This document shows, in pieces, positions 10,808 to 20,536 of a stretch of DNA of 64,000 nucleotides. This stretch comes from an uncultured candidate division Zixibacteria bacterium (GTDB lineage: Bacteria > Zixibacteria > MSB-5A5 > GN15 > PGXB01). Location of the stretch: assembly GCA_963702205.1 (NCBI GenBank), contig OY969724.1:608001-672000 (forward strand), in the 5' to 3' direction. Under the pieces are notes generated by a model. That model searched no databases and was not told the origin of the DNA. It saw only the letters and a list, made by a program, of their open reading frames with translations. Numbering within the stretch: position 1 is the stretch's first letter; the number at the start of each line of letters is the position of its first letter. The position numbers and the translations under genes were made by a program.

Positions 10808-13348
10808 TCAGTTGACGGATAAGTTGTATGGTACTGTCATAAGTTGTTCTAAGGCATCCATCGCTTCATCATATTTGCCGATCATAGTATAGATTTGGGC
10901 TTTGTCGTGGAGATTTATCGCCTTAGGTCTTTCCGAAGACGGATTTCGTCGTGCATCGACATAAGAATCCAGTTCAGCCACCGCCGCAGAATCCATTTCA
11001 AGAACTGCATACATTTCCGCAAGAAGCAAATGCCTTGAATTATATTTTGAATACAAATGAATTGACATCTCGACCGCAATTCTCAGCGAATCAGCCAGTC
11101 TTATTGCCTCACGTTTATTCCCGCTTGCATAGTAAACCCATACCTTTAACCATGTCAGATAATCCTCAAGATTCTGGCCTTCCATTGCCACGAATGCCGA
11201 GTCGAGATGTTGAAGGGCGTCGGTCCAGGCGTGCCGAAAGCCGTAGTATTCATTCCAAACCCAAAAAGCTCCTCTGTCAAACCGATCGGGAAGCTGCATG
11301 AGTGCATTGTAGCAACTGTCGAGTTCGCCCAATCCCATAAAAACTCGCGCCTTTTCCAGATAGGCGAATTGCTGATCCGGCCTTCGGGACAATGATTCGT
11401 CGAAAAACTCCAGCGCCTCACGATAACGCCTGAGTCTCATTAAAGAGTGCCCTACTTGGGAGGCCTTTGTTGCATCAAGCGGGTCGAGATTGTGAGCCTG
11501 CTTATAATGACTTAATGATTCGTCAAAATGACCTTTGGACCACTTTAAAGCCGCCGTTATATAATGTAGGTCCGAGGTTCCCGCCAGGTCCAATCTGGCT
11601 TTTTCCATGTGAGCGGCTGCGCTGTCATTTTGGTTAATCCCCCAAAGATAATAATACGCCATTGTCAGGTGACCATCACTAAGCAGAGAATCCAGATCGA
11701 GCGATTTTTGCGTAGCTTCAAATGCCATTTTTAGTCTTCCGGGTGTGCGGTCATGATTGTAAGCGTACATACGCAGATGTGCGAATCCCAGTTGGGACCA
11801 GGCTTCGGCGAAGCCGGAATCGAGAGATATTGACCGCTCTAACAGCCTTATGGCTATTTCATAATCTTCGCGACGCCAATCAACCTGCCTGAGGAGTTCG
11901 CGTCCCCGCAGATACAGGCAGTATGCTTCGCTATTTTCAGTGAGTTTTGCGGCGATATTGTGCTGTTTGTCATGCAGCAGGCTCACGCCCAACTCCTGGG
12001 CGATTTTGAGCGCGATGGAACCCTGAGTGTTGAAAATATCTGTTAAAGACGATTCATAAACATCCGCCCATACATGCGCATTATTGGACACGTCGATTAA
12101 TTGCGGGGTAATGCGGACTCTTGAGATGTCCCCTGATCGATCCCATCGGACCGAACCCTCAAGGATATAATCCACCCCAAGTTCGCGCGCAATCTGCGGG
12201 ATGCTTTTCGATGAAGCTTTATACAGCATAGCACTGGTCCGTGAAATGACGCCAAGTTCGGAAATGCGGGCAAGCCGTGACGTAATTTCCTCCGTCATGC
12301 CGTCGGCGAAATAGGCGTCTTCGGGGCTTCCGATATTTTCAAACGGCAGGACCGCAATCATTTTTTGGGACGCCTTGGGGTTGTCGGGTTCTTTAGTGAC
12401 CAGAAGGATGGTAAAAAAAACGACCGTAATTAAGATCGCAGCCACCAGCATTTTTAAGAGTCGACTTCTGCCCTGACTTGCAATCGATAAACCAGCGCTT
12501 GTGCCTGTTCTTTTCAAATCGCTTATAAGGTCGGCGGCCGTTTGATATCTTAAATCAGCATTCTTCTCAAGCAGCCTGAAAATTACCCTATCAAAATCCT
12601 GATTTATCTCACGGTTGAATCGCGCCATAGGCTGGGGTGTAACATCCAGGATGGCCTGGGTCGTGCCAACTTCAGTATCCTTAATAAAAGGATTATGAGT
12701 TGTAACCATCTCGTAAATAAGAATCCCAACTGAGAACAAGTCGCTCCGTTGGTCGATTTCATCGCCACGAACTTGCTCGGGCGACATGTAGCCAATTGTG
12801 CCCAGAGTCGAACCGGTTTTGGTTAGTTGTTCAGAGCCTCGGATCGTGGCCAGTCCGAAATCGACAATTCGCACCCGGCCGTGGTCGTCAATCAGAATGT
12901 TCGATGGTTTGATATCTCGGTGAATGATGCCTTTATTATGAGCGGCCTGAAGTCCTTCACAAACTTGAATGGCGATTTCAATGATGCGGTCGATAGGCAG
13001 GTCTTTGTCATCAATTACTTCTTTGAGTGACCGTCCTTCGACCACCTGCATGGCGTAGAACGGGCGGTTTTGATATTCACCGACTTCGTAGATGGCGGCG
13101 ATATTGGGATGATCCAGGGCAGCGGCGGCCTGGGCTTCACGCGTAAAACGCTTTCGGCAGTCCTCGTCCTGACACAGATGCGGCGGTAGGAATTTGAGCG
13201 CGACTTTACGGTTGAGCTTGGTGTCGACCGCCAGATATACCTCACCCATCCCCCCGGCGCCGATTTTTTCGATAATCCGGTAATGCCCGACCTCGGTCCC
13301 GGCGGCCAGGAACGTAAAACTGCGGGTTTTGTCGTCGTCAGATGGCAT
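10808..13348 (-). CDS. Membrane Ser/Thr protein kinase with TolB-N-like domain and TPR repeats; last 30 aa removed by IS3 insertion
   Basis: GAGGMG, VALK, HRDIKPSN, DFG, GTIGYMSPE; TM helix; IAVLPFEN...YFADGMTEEI; TPR helices; stop supplied by the IS end (TGA). Confidence 0.92.
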   Translation of the reverse strand: MPSDDDKTRSFTFLAAGTEVGHYRIIEKIGAGGMGEVYLAVDTKLNRKVALKFLPPHLCQDEDCRKRFTREAQAAAALDHPNIAAIYEVGEYQNRPFYAMQVVEGRSLKEVIDDKDLPIDRIIEIAIQVCEGLQAAHNKGIIHRDIKPSNILIDDHGRVRIVDFGLATIRGSEQLTKTGSTLGTIGYMSPEQVRGDEIDQRSDLFSVGILIYEMVTTHNPFIKDTEVGTTQAILDVTPQPMARFNREINQDFDRVIFRLLEKNADLRYQTAADLISDLKRTGTSAGLSIASQGRSRLLKMLVAAILITVVFFTILLVTKEPDNPKASQKMIAVLPFENIGSPEDAYFADGMTEEITSRLARISELGVISRTSAMLYKASSKSIPQIARELGVDYILEGSVRWDRSGDISRVRITPQLIDVSNNAHVWADVYESSLTDIFNTQGSIALKIAQELGVSLLHDKQHNIAAKLTENSEAYCLYLRGRELLRQVDWRREDYEIAIRLLERSISLDSGFAEAWSQLGFAHLRMYAYNHDRTPGRLKMAFEATQKSLDLDSLLSDGHLTMAYYYLWGINQNDSAAAHMEKARLDLAGTSDLHYITAALKWSKGHFDESLSHYKQAHNLDPLDATKASQVGHSLMRLRRYREALEFFDESLSRRPDQQFAYLEKARVFMGLGELDSCYNALMQLPDRFDRGAFWVWNEYYGFRHAWTDALQHLDSAFVAMEGQNLEDYLTWLKVWVYYASGNKREAIRLADSLRIAVEMSIHLYSKYNSRHLLLAEMYAVLEMDSAAVAELDSYVDARRNPSSERPKAINLHDKAQIYTMIGKYDEAMDALEQLMTVPYNLSVN
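12781..13276. repeat. Kinase-domain repeat, copy 1 (copy 2 at 15457-15952)
   Basis: Manual alignment at offset 2676: about 18 mismatches in 496 nt, no gaps. Confidence 0.9.
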
Positions 13349-13351
13349 AGT

Positions 13352-16033
13352 TTATTTCACATGCGGATCGAAATTTTCGATCAGGTAGAGGTCTCTTTGA
13401 ATCTGCCCCAATTCATATACAAGGAATGATTCATCGGGCGAAATTGCCACGGCGGTACCATCGAAAAACCAATCCATATCAGGCAGTATACTTAATGTGT
13501 CGGTTTTCCCGGATTCAATATTGGTTTTGGCAACAACACGATCCTTTGTAAGGTATTGAACCCATTTACTGTCTTTGCTCCAACCAAGAGTATAGGCATT
13601 GGCAGTGATCAGAAACCTGGCTTTTTTATCTTCAAATGAATATATCCAAACTTCTCTGCCCGGTGAAACCGCTATATAGCGACCGTCGGGAGAGTAATGG
13701 GTCCAGCAAAGTCTGTCTTTAAGCGGTTCACATTCCAATGATGATGTGTCTCCGGTTGAGACATTTACACAAATTGGTGCTATTCGTTGGCCATGGCTGA
13801 TGACAATCGTATTAGGGATGGTCCAATCCATGCAGTCTGCTTCGAAGGATATGCCCCAATTCAAACTGCTATATCTCATGCTGCCGGTTCTTTCAGCATA
13901 TACAAATGCCAGATGGCTGGCGACTTTGCCCAAAAGACTGTCAGCTTTGCCCATGAGGCTATCGAGGCTGAAGAATGCAATTTGTTCTCCACTTGGCGAC
14001 CATACCGGCGGCGTATTGAAAATGCCCCTATGTGTCAGCTGTATGGATTCGCCACCCGCGCTTGGAATCACAAATATCTGAAACGTCCCATTGTCTTCAG
14101 CTGAATATGCGATTAATTTGCCGTCCGGAGAAATTGACGGATTCTTAACCCATCCGGTGCCAAATGTCAGTTGCCGTCGATGAACCTGTTTATAATCTGA
14201 TCCTTGCTGAATATCTGCGGCAATGAGGTTGCTTGAAACGCGAAGTTGCCTCATTAGGATTCTTTTGCCATCTTTGGGCACAGTTAATCCGAGACTGACT
14301 GGCAGCCCCGAAACCAGTATTTCATATTGGCCCTCACATTCCCCGGTTACGGCATTAAATTTTAGTCTGACGATACGATTTGAATTCGGACCAAAACCGC
14401 CTAATATCGCATAGATGGCATCATTTGATGGTGATAATGTCGGCCCCGAAAAAAAACCCTCGGCAATCCGATGCACCTGACCATTACCGATGTCAGCCGC
14501 AAAAACCCCGACCAGTGAATCAGAGTATCCAATGAATACCAGCCAGCGTCCGTTGCCAGTCACGCCTCCGAATTCAACGTCCTGAAACCCTATCGATAAT
14601 GGAATGGCCGTAGTATCCCCTGTTTGTTTATCTGTCAGTATTATTCTATTGGCATCGGCAATAGTAATAAACCGTTTTCCATCGGGCATCCAGGACAGAT
14701 CCCAGTAATAATCGGCCGTACCCGGAACGATAAAGCGCCGGAACTGACCTCCGAGGCGAGGGATCAGAAAGACATCGATGCGGTCCGGATCCCCGCTTTG
14801 ATGTGCTCGGATTATTAATTCTTTGCCGTCAGGTGACCAGCGCATAGCCTCCACATAGTCTCCTTCAAACAGCTTTATTGCTTGTTGGCCATCGAAATCA
14901 CTCACATAAACTGTCATTGTCAATTTATCCTGATTCTTGCTCGAATAGGCATAGTACGTGCCATCGGGAGAGATTACTCCATAATAGGCACTTCCGGAAT
15001 TGGTTACTTTCCTGAATTCAGGAGTGACAATCGTGTATTTATGTCCCGAACGCATATAAAAAAATATTGAAATGCCAGTAAAAACGATTATAACGGAGGT
15101 CAATATCAGCCAGAAATATGTGGGGCGATGCAAAGTCCTCGTGGCTGTGATGATGGAGTTGCTTGAGTCCAGGGAGCGTTTTAGCTGGAGCAGGTCGGCC
15201 CTCAGATCATCAGCATGCTGGTAGCGGGTCTTTGTATCTTTGTCCAGGGCCTTGTCGAGAATCGGCTGGATACCGTCGGGAAGGTCGGCCCGGTAGCGGG
15301 CCGCCGGCTGTGGGTTATCGTCACTCACAGCTTTCAACGTGGCCGCCTCAGAGTCGCGTTTGAAGGGATTTTGTCTGGTGATGAGTTCGTATAGTACGAC
15401 TCCGAGTGAGAACAAGTCACTGCGCTGATCTATGTCTTCGCCACGAACCTGTTCCGGCGACATGTAGCCAATTGTGCCCAGAGTCGAACCGGTTTTGGTC
15501 AATTGTTCAGAGCCTTGAATAGACGCCAGCCCGAAATCGACAATTCGCACCCGGCCATGGTCGTCAATCAGAATGTTCGATGGTTTGATATCTCGGTGAA
15601 TGATGCCTTTATTATGAGCGGCCTGAAGTCCTTCACAAACTTGAATGGTGATTTCAATGATGCGGTCGATAGACAGGTCTTTGTCATCAATTACTTTTTT
15701 GAGCGACCGTCCTTCGACCACCTGCATGGCGTAGAACGGGCGGTTTTGATATTCACCGACTTCGTAGATGGCGGCGATATTGGGATGATCCAGGGCAGCG
15801 GCGGCCTGGGCTTCACGCGTAAAACGCTTTCGGCAATCCTCGTCCTGACACAGATGCGGCGGAAGAAATTTGAGCGCGACTTTACGGTTGAGCTTGATAT
15901 CGACCGCCAGATATACCTCACCCATCCCCCCGGCGCCGATTTTTTCGATAATTTTGTAATGCAGAACCTCAGTTCCCGGTGCCAGAATTATAAAGGACAT
16001 AGTCCTGTCGTCATTTGACTCATCTTGTGACAT
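13352..16033 (-). CDS. Membrane Ser/Thr protein kinase with PD40/TolB-like beta-propeller C-terminal domain
   Basis: Same Hanks motifs; TM helix YFWLILTSVIIVFTGISIFFY; repeated SPDG motifs (ISPDGTYYAY, WSPDGKELI, PSISPDGKLIAY, YSPDGRYIA). Confidence 0.92.
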   Translation of the reverse strand: MSQDESNDDRTMSFIILAPGTEVLHYKIIEKIGAGGMGEVYLAVDIKLNRKVALKFLPPHLCQDEDCRKRFTREAQAAAALDHPNIAAIYEVGEYQNRPFYAMQVVEGRSLKKVIDDKDLSIDRIIEITIQVCEGLQAAHNKGIIHRDIKPSNILIDDHGRVRIVDFGLASIQGSEQLTKTGSTLGTIGYMSPEQVRGEDIDQRSDLFSLGVVLYELITRQNPFKRDSEAATLKAVSDDNPQPAARYRADLPDGIQPILDKALDKDTKTRYQHADDLRADLLQLKRSLDSSNSIITATRTLHRPTYFWLILTSVIIVFTGISIFFYMRSGHKYTIVTPEFRKVTNSGSAYYGVISPDGTYYAYSSKNQDKLTMTVYVSDFDGQQAIKLFEGDYVEAMRWSPDGKELIIRAHQSGDPDRIDVFLIPRLGGQFRRFIVPGTADYYWDLSWMPDGKRFITIADANRIILTDKQTGDTTAIPLSIGFQDVEFGGVTGNGRWLVFIGYSDSLVGVFAADIGNGQVHRIAEGFFSGPTLSPSNDAIYAILGGFGPNSNRIVRLKFNAVTGECEGQYEILVSGLPVSLGLTVPKDGKRILMRQLRVSSNLIAADIQQGSDYKQVHRRQLTFGTGWVKNPSISPDGKLIAYSAEDNGTFQIFVIPSAGGESIQLTHRGIFNTPPVWSPSGEQIAFFSLDSLMGKADSLLGKVASHLAFVYAERTGSMRYSSLNWGISFEADCMDWTIPNTIVISHGQRIAPICVNVSTGDTSSLECEPLKDRLCWTHYSPDGRYIAVSPGREVWIYSFEDKKARFLITANAYTLGWSKDSKWVQYLTKDRVVAKTNIESGKTDTLSILPDMDWFFDGTAVAISPDESFLVYELGQIQRDLYLIENFDPHVK
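15457..15952. repeat. Kinase-domain repeat, copy 2
   Basis: ~96% nucleotide identity to 12781-13276 by manual alignment. Confidence 0.9.
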
Positions 16034-16137
16034 TGAAGAATATCCTTACCGCTGAAAATCCCTATACCATAACATAAGCCAATTCTGTTTGTATTGCAAA
16101 TTCTATATTTGGCGGCAAAGTCCGGATTGGCAAGGAA

Positions 16138-16956
16138 TCAAAATCGGTAGCGCAATGAAACACCGGGGCCGGCGTTGGCGTCAAAAGGGCTGACGGAAAA
16201 GTGGCTCCGGCTTTTGTCTTTATGCGCCAGCTTTAAAGAGACGTAGCTTCCCAGGATGGCTCCGGCTATGACATCGCTCGTATAGTGTTTTCCCTCCTGA
16301 AGGCGCGAGAGGCCCACATAACCGGCCAGCGCGAATGCCGGTATGCCGGCGGCCGGACCGAAGTCGGAATAAATGACGCCGGCCGTGGTGAAGGCCGACG
16401 ACGTGTGACCCGACGGATACGAATAGTTCGCGCCGCTCGGCCGGGGGCGGTTGACTGCGACTTTCAGTGCCACCGTAAAGAGACCGTTCATCGCCTGGGC
16501 TCGTATCAGATCAGAGCCGAATTTTGACAGGCGCGATGAACCGGCGAGTTTTCCCACGCCCCATGAAGCCGCCGAAACTGCGACCGGGAAGATACCGTCA
16601 CCGATGATTTCACCGGTCTCGAAAAAGGCCTCGGCGAATGGCGACGGGCCCCAGTCTTCGGTCACCTCGATCGATTCATGTTTAAACGGTGCTTTGAACA
16701 CTTCGGGCGTGATACCGAGCCCGCCGACGACGAAATAGAAATCCGGCTGCGTTGTCAGGTATTCAAGGTCGTTCCAGACTTCATGAATTATGAACTGGTG
16801 GCTTGAGGAGTCAGGGGATTCATACGATTGCCGGTCGGTTGCGGTCTGTTCGGAGGAGGGCGCATTTAGTTCGCGTGCGCTTAAGAAACCGGGGGAAATT
16901 GCCAGAAAACAGGTTATAAATAATATCCAATGCGGGCCAGGTCGGTTCGATTTCAT
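16138..16956 (-). CDS. PAP2-family phosphatase, exported
   Basis: KVAVNRPRP, YPSGH, SRLQEGKHYTSD = PAP2 C1/C2/C3 motifs; signal peptide. Confidence 0.88.
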   Translation of the reverse strand: MKSNRPGPHWILFITCFLAISPGFLSARELNAPSSEQTATDRQSYESPDSSSHQFIIHEVWNDLEYLTTQPDFYFVVGGLGITPEVFKAPFKHESIEVTEDWGPSPFAEAFFETGEIIGDGIFPVAVSAASWGVGKLAGSSRLSKFGSDLIRAQAMNGLFTVALKVAVNRPRPSGANYSYPSGHTSSAFTTAGVIYSDFGPAAGIPAFALAGYVGLSRLQEGKHYTSDVIAGAILGSYVSLKLAHKDKSRSHFSVSPFDANAGPGVSLRYRF

Positions 16957-17378
16957 GAAAGATAACTCCTTCGCGGTTATATTGGGGTCAAGTAAGACGA
17001 GACCCTTAATTAATTCTCGGTCGCAAATTCGTTATCTTGAAACTCTTGTATCTCCATCTTGTGGGTATTATCCGCCCGCTTCGTGCGGTATACTAAATAA
17101 TACGCTCCGACACCGGCTTTGGAGGAGGAATTGCGCCCGGTGTTCAGAAATACTACAATATTGTATAATAGTCTTAGTGGGTCCGTGTTATAGACAAATC
17201 GGGGAACCAAACTCATGAACGGCGGTTTAAAAATATAATGACGCCGGATTGTCCGTGCGTCCGGCCGATCGAACCCGGATATTCTTAAAGGAGCGTGTTT
17301 AGAGTCTGTCGGTAACTGCCAGGCCTTAACGATACAATCGGTTTTTGAAGAACCTGTTGAATGAAAGGTTACTGAATC

Positions 17379-17895
17379 ATGACCAGATATGCACGTCCGA
17401 AAAATGCAGTTCGATTGTCGGCAGTTTTATTCCTGACATTGTTATCAACGGTCGTCACGACCAGGGCGGAACAGGTTCCGGATTCAATTGATGTCATTCA
17501 AACGGTTGTTCCTGACAGCCTTGATCTAAAAGGCAAGGTCGTCTATGTCGATTTTTGGGCTTCGTGGTGCGGTCCCTGCCGCCTGTCGTTTCCGTGGATG
17601 CAGGCGTTGTACGATAGAGTACCATAAAAGCGGTTTCGAAATCATCGCGGTAAACGTCGATAAAGACCACAAAGCCGCGCTCGAATTCATGAAAAACATG
17701 CACGCCTCTTTTCCCAAAGTATTCGATTCCACCGGGAACCTCGCCAAGCGCTACGGTCTGGACGCGATGCCGTCGTCGTTCGTTTACGGCCGCGACGGGC
17801 GACTCGTGGCGACGCATCAGGGTTTCGTGCAGGACAAGGCCGACAGCATAGAGTATGATATTTTTCAGCTTTTGAATAAAGGACGGTCGAAATGA
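17379..17895 (+). pseudogene. TlpA/ResA-family thiol-disulfide reductase with +1 frameshift at ~17616-17622 (probably artefactual)
   Basis: Signal peptide, [17 protein letters not shown] in ORF 17379-17627; continuation GFEIIAVNVD...AMPSSFVYGRDG in ORF 17545-17895. Confidence 0.88.
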
Positions 17896-18128
17896 AGAAA
17901 CGTCCCATGATTATCATAAGCTTTCTGGTCGTTATAGTATTGTCGTTTTTCCTGTCCGGGTGCGCCGTGGTCGGTGTGCAGGTTTGGGAGCGCGATGTGC
18001 TATCCAGGCCGGAAATGCAGATGGACAGTCCGGCCCTGGACCGGGCCATGGACGATCATATCTATTTCAGTAAAGAAGCATCGAGCGGCGGCCGCAGTTT
18101 CGGCGGAGGTGGCTGCGGATGCAACTGA
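17892..18128 (+). CDS. DUF4266-type small lipoprotein
   Basis: Lipobox LSG-C; V.VWERDVL..PEM...HIYFSKEASSGG..GGGGCGCN family signature. Confidence 0.85.
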   Translation: MKKRPMIIISFLVVIVLSFFLSGCAVVGVQVWERDVLSRPEMQMDSPALDRAMDDHIYFSKEASSGGRSFGGGGCGCN

Positions 18129-19423
18129 CCGGAAAAGCATCGATTCGGGGTGCTTTGACCGCAGTCGTCGCGACCTTGTTGGGCAGCGGTGTCGCTCTCG
18201 GCGCCACCACCGGCAGCAAACTCGAATCATCGATATTGATTTATTCCGAAACCAACCGGGTGCAGGCAGCCGAAGGTGTTATCGGTTTGACCCGCCCGCT
18301 CAAGGGCGGACGATTTTTCAATGGTCATGTTACATTCGACGGCCTGACCGGGGCCTCGCCCAACGGCGCGGCACCGTCAAATCATATTCAGACGTTTACC
18401 GGTACTTCCGGGACAAGTACATACACCGCCAAACCGGGTGAGATACCGCTGGATAATACATTCAAAGATATGCGCTTCGGTTTCGACGGCGGCTTTACTC
18501 TTCCGCTGGGTCGTCTTTCGACGACCGTCCTGGGTGCGCATCTTTCGACCGAGCACGATTATACATCGGTTGGTCTCAATGCCGGATTGACGAGGGATTT
18601 ATTCCGCAAAAATACGACCATTTCGGCGAGCGCATCTTTTTCCCACGACGTTGTCAGTCCTCTCGGGGGTGCCCCGACGCCGTTTTCACGAATGATGGCG
18701 CCGAGCGGCGACGGAGAAGGTGAGGGTGAACGAGAAGGCGGCGAACGCGGAAATATTCCGGGCAAGGGCAAAAACGTAGTCGATGCCGTGGTCGGATTCA
18801 CCCAGGTGCTCGATCGGAGAACCGTTTTGCGGCTGGATTACTCGTACAGTCATGCGTCCGGGTATTTGAACGACCCATACAAATTATTGAGTGTAGTGCA
18901 GGGACCGGGAACGTCCGATCCGGGCGAGCCGACCGGCTATGTCTATGAATCGCGCCCCGACAACCGCAGCAAACAGGCCGTGTACGGCGAGATACGCCGC
19001 TATATCGGCGGACATACCATAGATTTTTCATATCGTTATTATCATGATGATTGGGGGGTGACGTCGCGGACGTTTGACGTGCACTATCGTTTCCCCATCG
19101 CCGCCGGGCACGCCCTGCAGCCGCATTTTAGATGGTATAAGCAGACCGGAGCCGATTTTTATGACACGTACCTGCTCGACGGCGCGCCGCTTCCGGCTTT
19201 CGCCTCGGCGGACTACCGCCTGGCGCCGTTTCATGCGTTGACATACGGGCTGGAGTACATTCTCACCGTGGAACATGGTCTGTACCTGAGTTTCGGAGCG
19301 GAGTACTACCGTCAGATCGGAGACCTCAGCCCTCCGAAATCGCTCGGAGTGCTGAGCCGGACGGAACTCTTCCCCAAACTCGACGCCGTTATGGCGCGGG
19401 TCGGTTTCGGCTATGATTTCTAA
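18119..19423 (+). CDS. DUF3570-type outer-membrane beta-barrel protein with a flavinylation motif
   Basis: DGLTGAS motif, STEHDY.S, GYLNDPY, ESRPDNR, YRYYHDDWG, SADYRL; C-terminal GYDF; start overlaps DUF4266 end. Confidence 0.85.
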   Translation: MQLTGKASIRGALTAVVATLLGSGVALGATTGSKLESSILIYSETNRVQAAEGVIGLTRPLKGGRFFNGHVTFDGLTGASPNGAAPSNHIQTFTGTSGTSTYTAKPGEIPLDNTFKDMRFGFDGGFTLPLGRLSTTVLGAHLSTEHDYTSVGLNAGLTRDLFRKNTTISASASFSHDVVSPLGGAPTPFSRMMAPSGDGEGEGEREGGERGNIPGKGKNVVDAVVGFTQVLDRRTVLRLDYSYSHASGYLNDPYKLLSVVQGPGTSDPGEPTGYVYESRPDNRSKQAVYGEIRRYIGGHTIDFSYRYYHDDWGVTSRTFDVHYRFPIAAGHALQPHFRWYKQTGADFYDTYLLDGAPLPAFASADYRLAPFHALTYGLEYILTVEHGLYLSFGAEYYRQIGDLSPPKSLGVLSRTELFPKLDAVMARVGFGYDF

Positions 19424-20315
19424 GACCGGACTCGAATACGAGGTCAGCCGGGCGGAATCGCACTGGTTAATCGGCTTCTCCGCAATGGCGAGCCCCTGTG
19501 AAATTCTGGTCAGGTGCAACAACAAGAGCGATGCCGAAGATTTGGCATCGCTTTCTTTTGCCGAAACCAGGCGTATCGAACAGAAATTCAGCCGCTATCG
19601 GGACGACAATATCGTCTTTGCCATCAACAACAGCGATGGTGCAGCGGTCGAAGTCGACGAAGAGATGGCGAGACTGCTGGACTACGCCGACCAGAGTTAT
19701 CGTCTGAGTGATGGGCGGTTCGATATCACGTCGGGGGTGCTTCGCAAGGCGTGGCGGTTTGACGGGTCTCGCGCCAAACCCGATTCAGGATTAATTGAAT
19801 CGTTGCTTGAGAAGGTCGGCTGGGATAAAGTAAGCTGGGACGGGAGCAAGTTCAGAATGTGGCCCGGTATGGAAATCGACCTGGGTGGGGTCGGGAAAGA
19901 GTATGCCGTCGATTTGGTCGCGGAAATGCTTTATAAGGCCACCGGATTTACGGTGATGGTCAATTTCGGTGGGGACATCCGCGCCATAACAAGCGATACC
20001 AACTCTGTCCCGTGGGTGGTCGGAGTTGAAAATCCCAAACACGAAAAGACGGCGGTCGGGCAGATCAATCTTACCAATGGAGGCGTGGCCACCAGCGGCG
20101 ACCTGCGGCGGTTTTGTATGGTCAACGGGGTCAGGATGGGACACATTTTGAATCCGTGCACGGGGTGGCCGGTGGCGGGTGCGCCGAGGAGTGTGACAGT
20201 TGTCGGCAATTATTGTGTCGAAGCCGGTTTTCTGGCGACGCTGGCGATGCTGCAGGGACCCGATGCCGAAAAGTTCCTGAAAGAGCAGGATGCACCGTGT
20301 CATTGTATCAGATAG
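19413..20315 (+). CDS. apbE: FAD:protein FMN transferase
   Basis: FSAMAS, KFSRY, SDGRFDIT, IDLGGVGKEYAVD, NFGGDI, ATSGD, GHILNPCTGWP. Confidence 0.92.
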   Translation: MISKTGLEYEVSRAESHWLIGFSAMASPCEILVRCNNKSDAEDLASLSFAETRRIEQKFSRYRDDNIVFAINNSDGAAVEVDEEMARLLDYADQSYRLSDGRFDITSGVLRKAWRFDGSRAKPDSGLIESLLEKVGWDKVSWDGSKFRMWPGMEIDLGGVGKEYAVDLVAEMLYKATGFTVMVNFGGDIRAITSDTNSVPWVVGVENPKHEKTAVGQINLTNGGVATSGDLRRFCMVNGVRMGHILNPCTGWPVAGAPRSVTVVGNYCVEAGFLATLAMLQGPDAEKFLKEQDAPCHCIR

Positions 20316-20536
20316 ATGATTCGGGAGGTGCGGTTATTTAAGTGAGCTGGGAAGCTGCTTCGCTTACTTTTCTATTCCCGATCGCGTAACCGGTGGCTCG
20401 AGGATCTATGTCAACGGTGCAAAAATGTAACTTCCGGCGGGTACGGGCAATGCGATAATCCCGAGTGAAATAAACAGAAAAAATATGAATATTGCTCACT
20501 TTATATTAATAGTTTTGCACCGTCCATTGTTGTATA

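Larger units (their letters stand above)
9525..10810 (-). mobile_element. Complete IS3-family insertion sequence, 1286 bp
   Basis: Terminal IRs TGACCTTCCCCCCATTTGATGGACA / TGACCTTCCCCCGGATTAGTGGACA (20/25 identical, TG..CA ends); 3-bp target duplication GTT at 9522-9524 and 10811-10813; orfA+orfB. Confidence 0.95.

Noticed and set aside
12781..15952. Diversity-generating retroelement TR/VR pair
   Set aside because: Both copies are coding kinase cores, mismatches are not adenine-specific and are often synonymous, and no reverse transcriptase is present
17154..17167. TACAATATTGTA palindrome between the PAP2 and tlpA genes as a shared operator with 164-179
   Set aside because: Only the AATATT core is shared, and short AT-rich palindromes arise readily by chance
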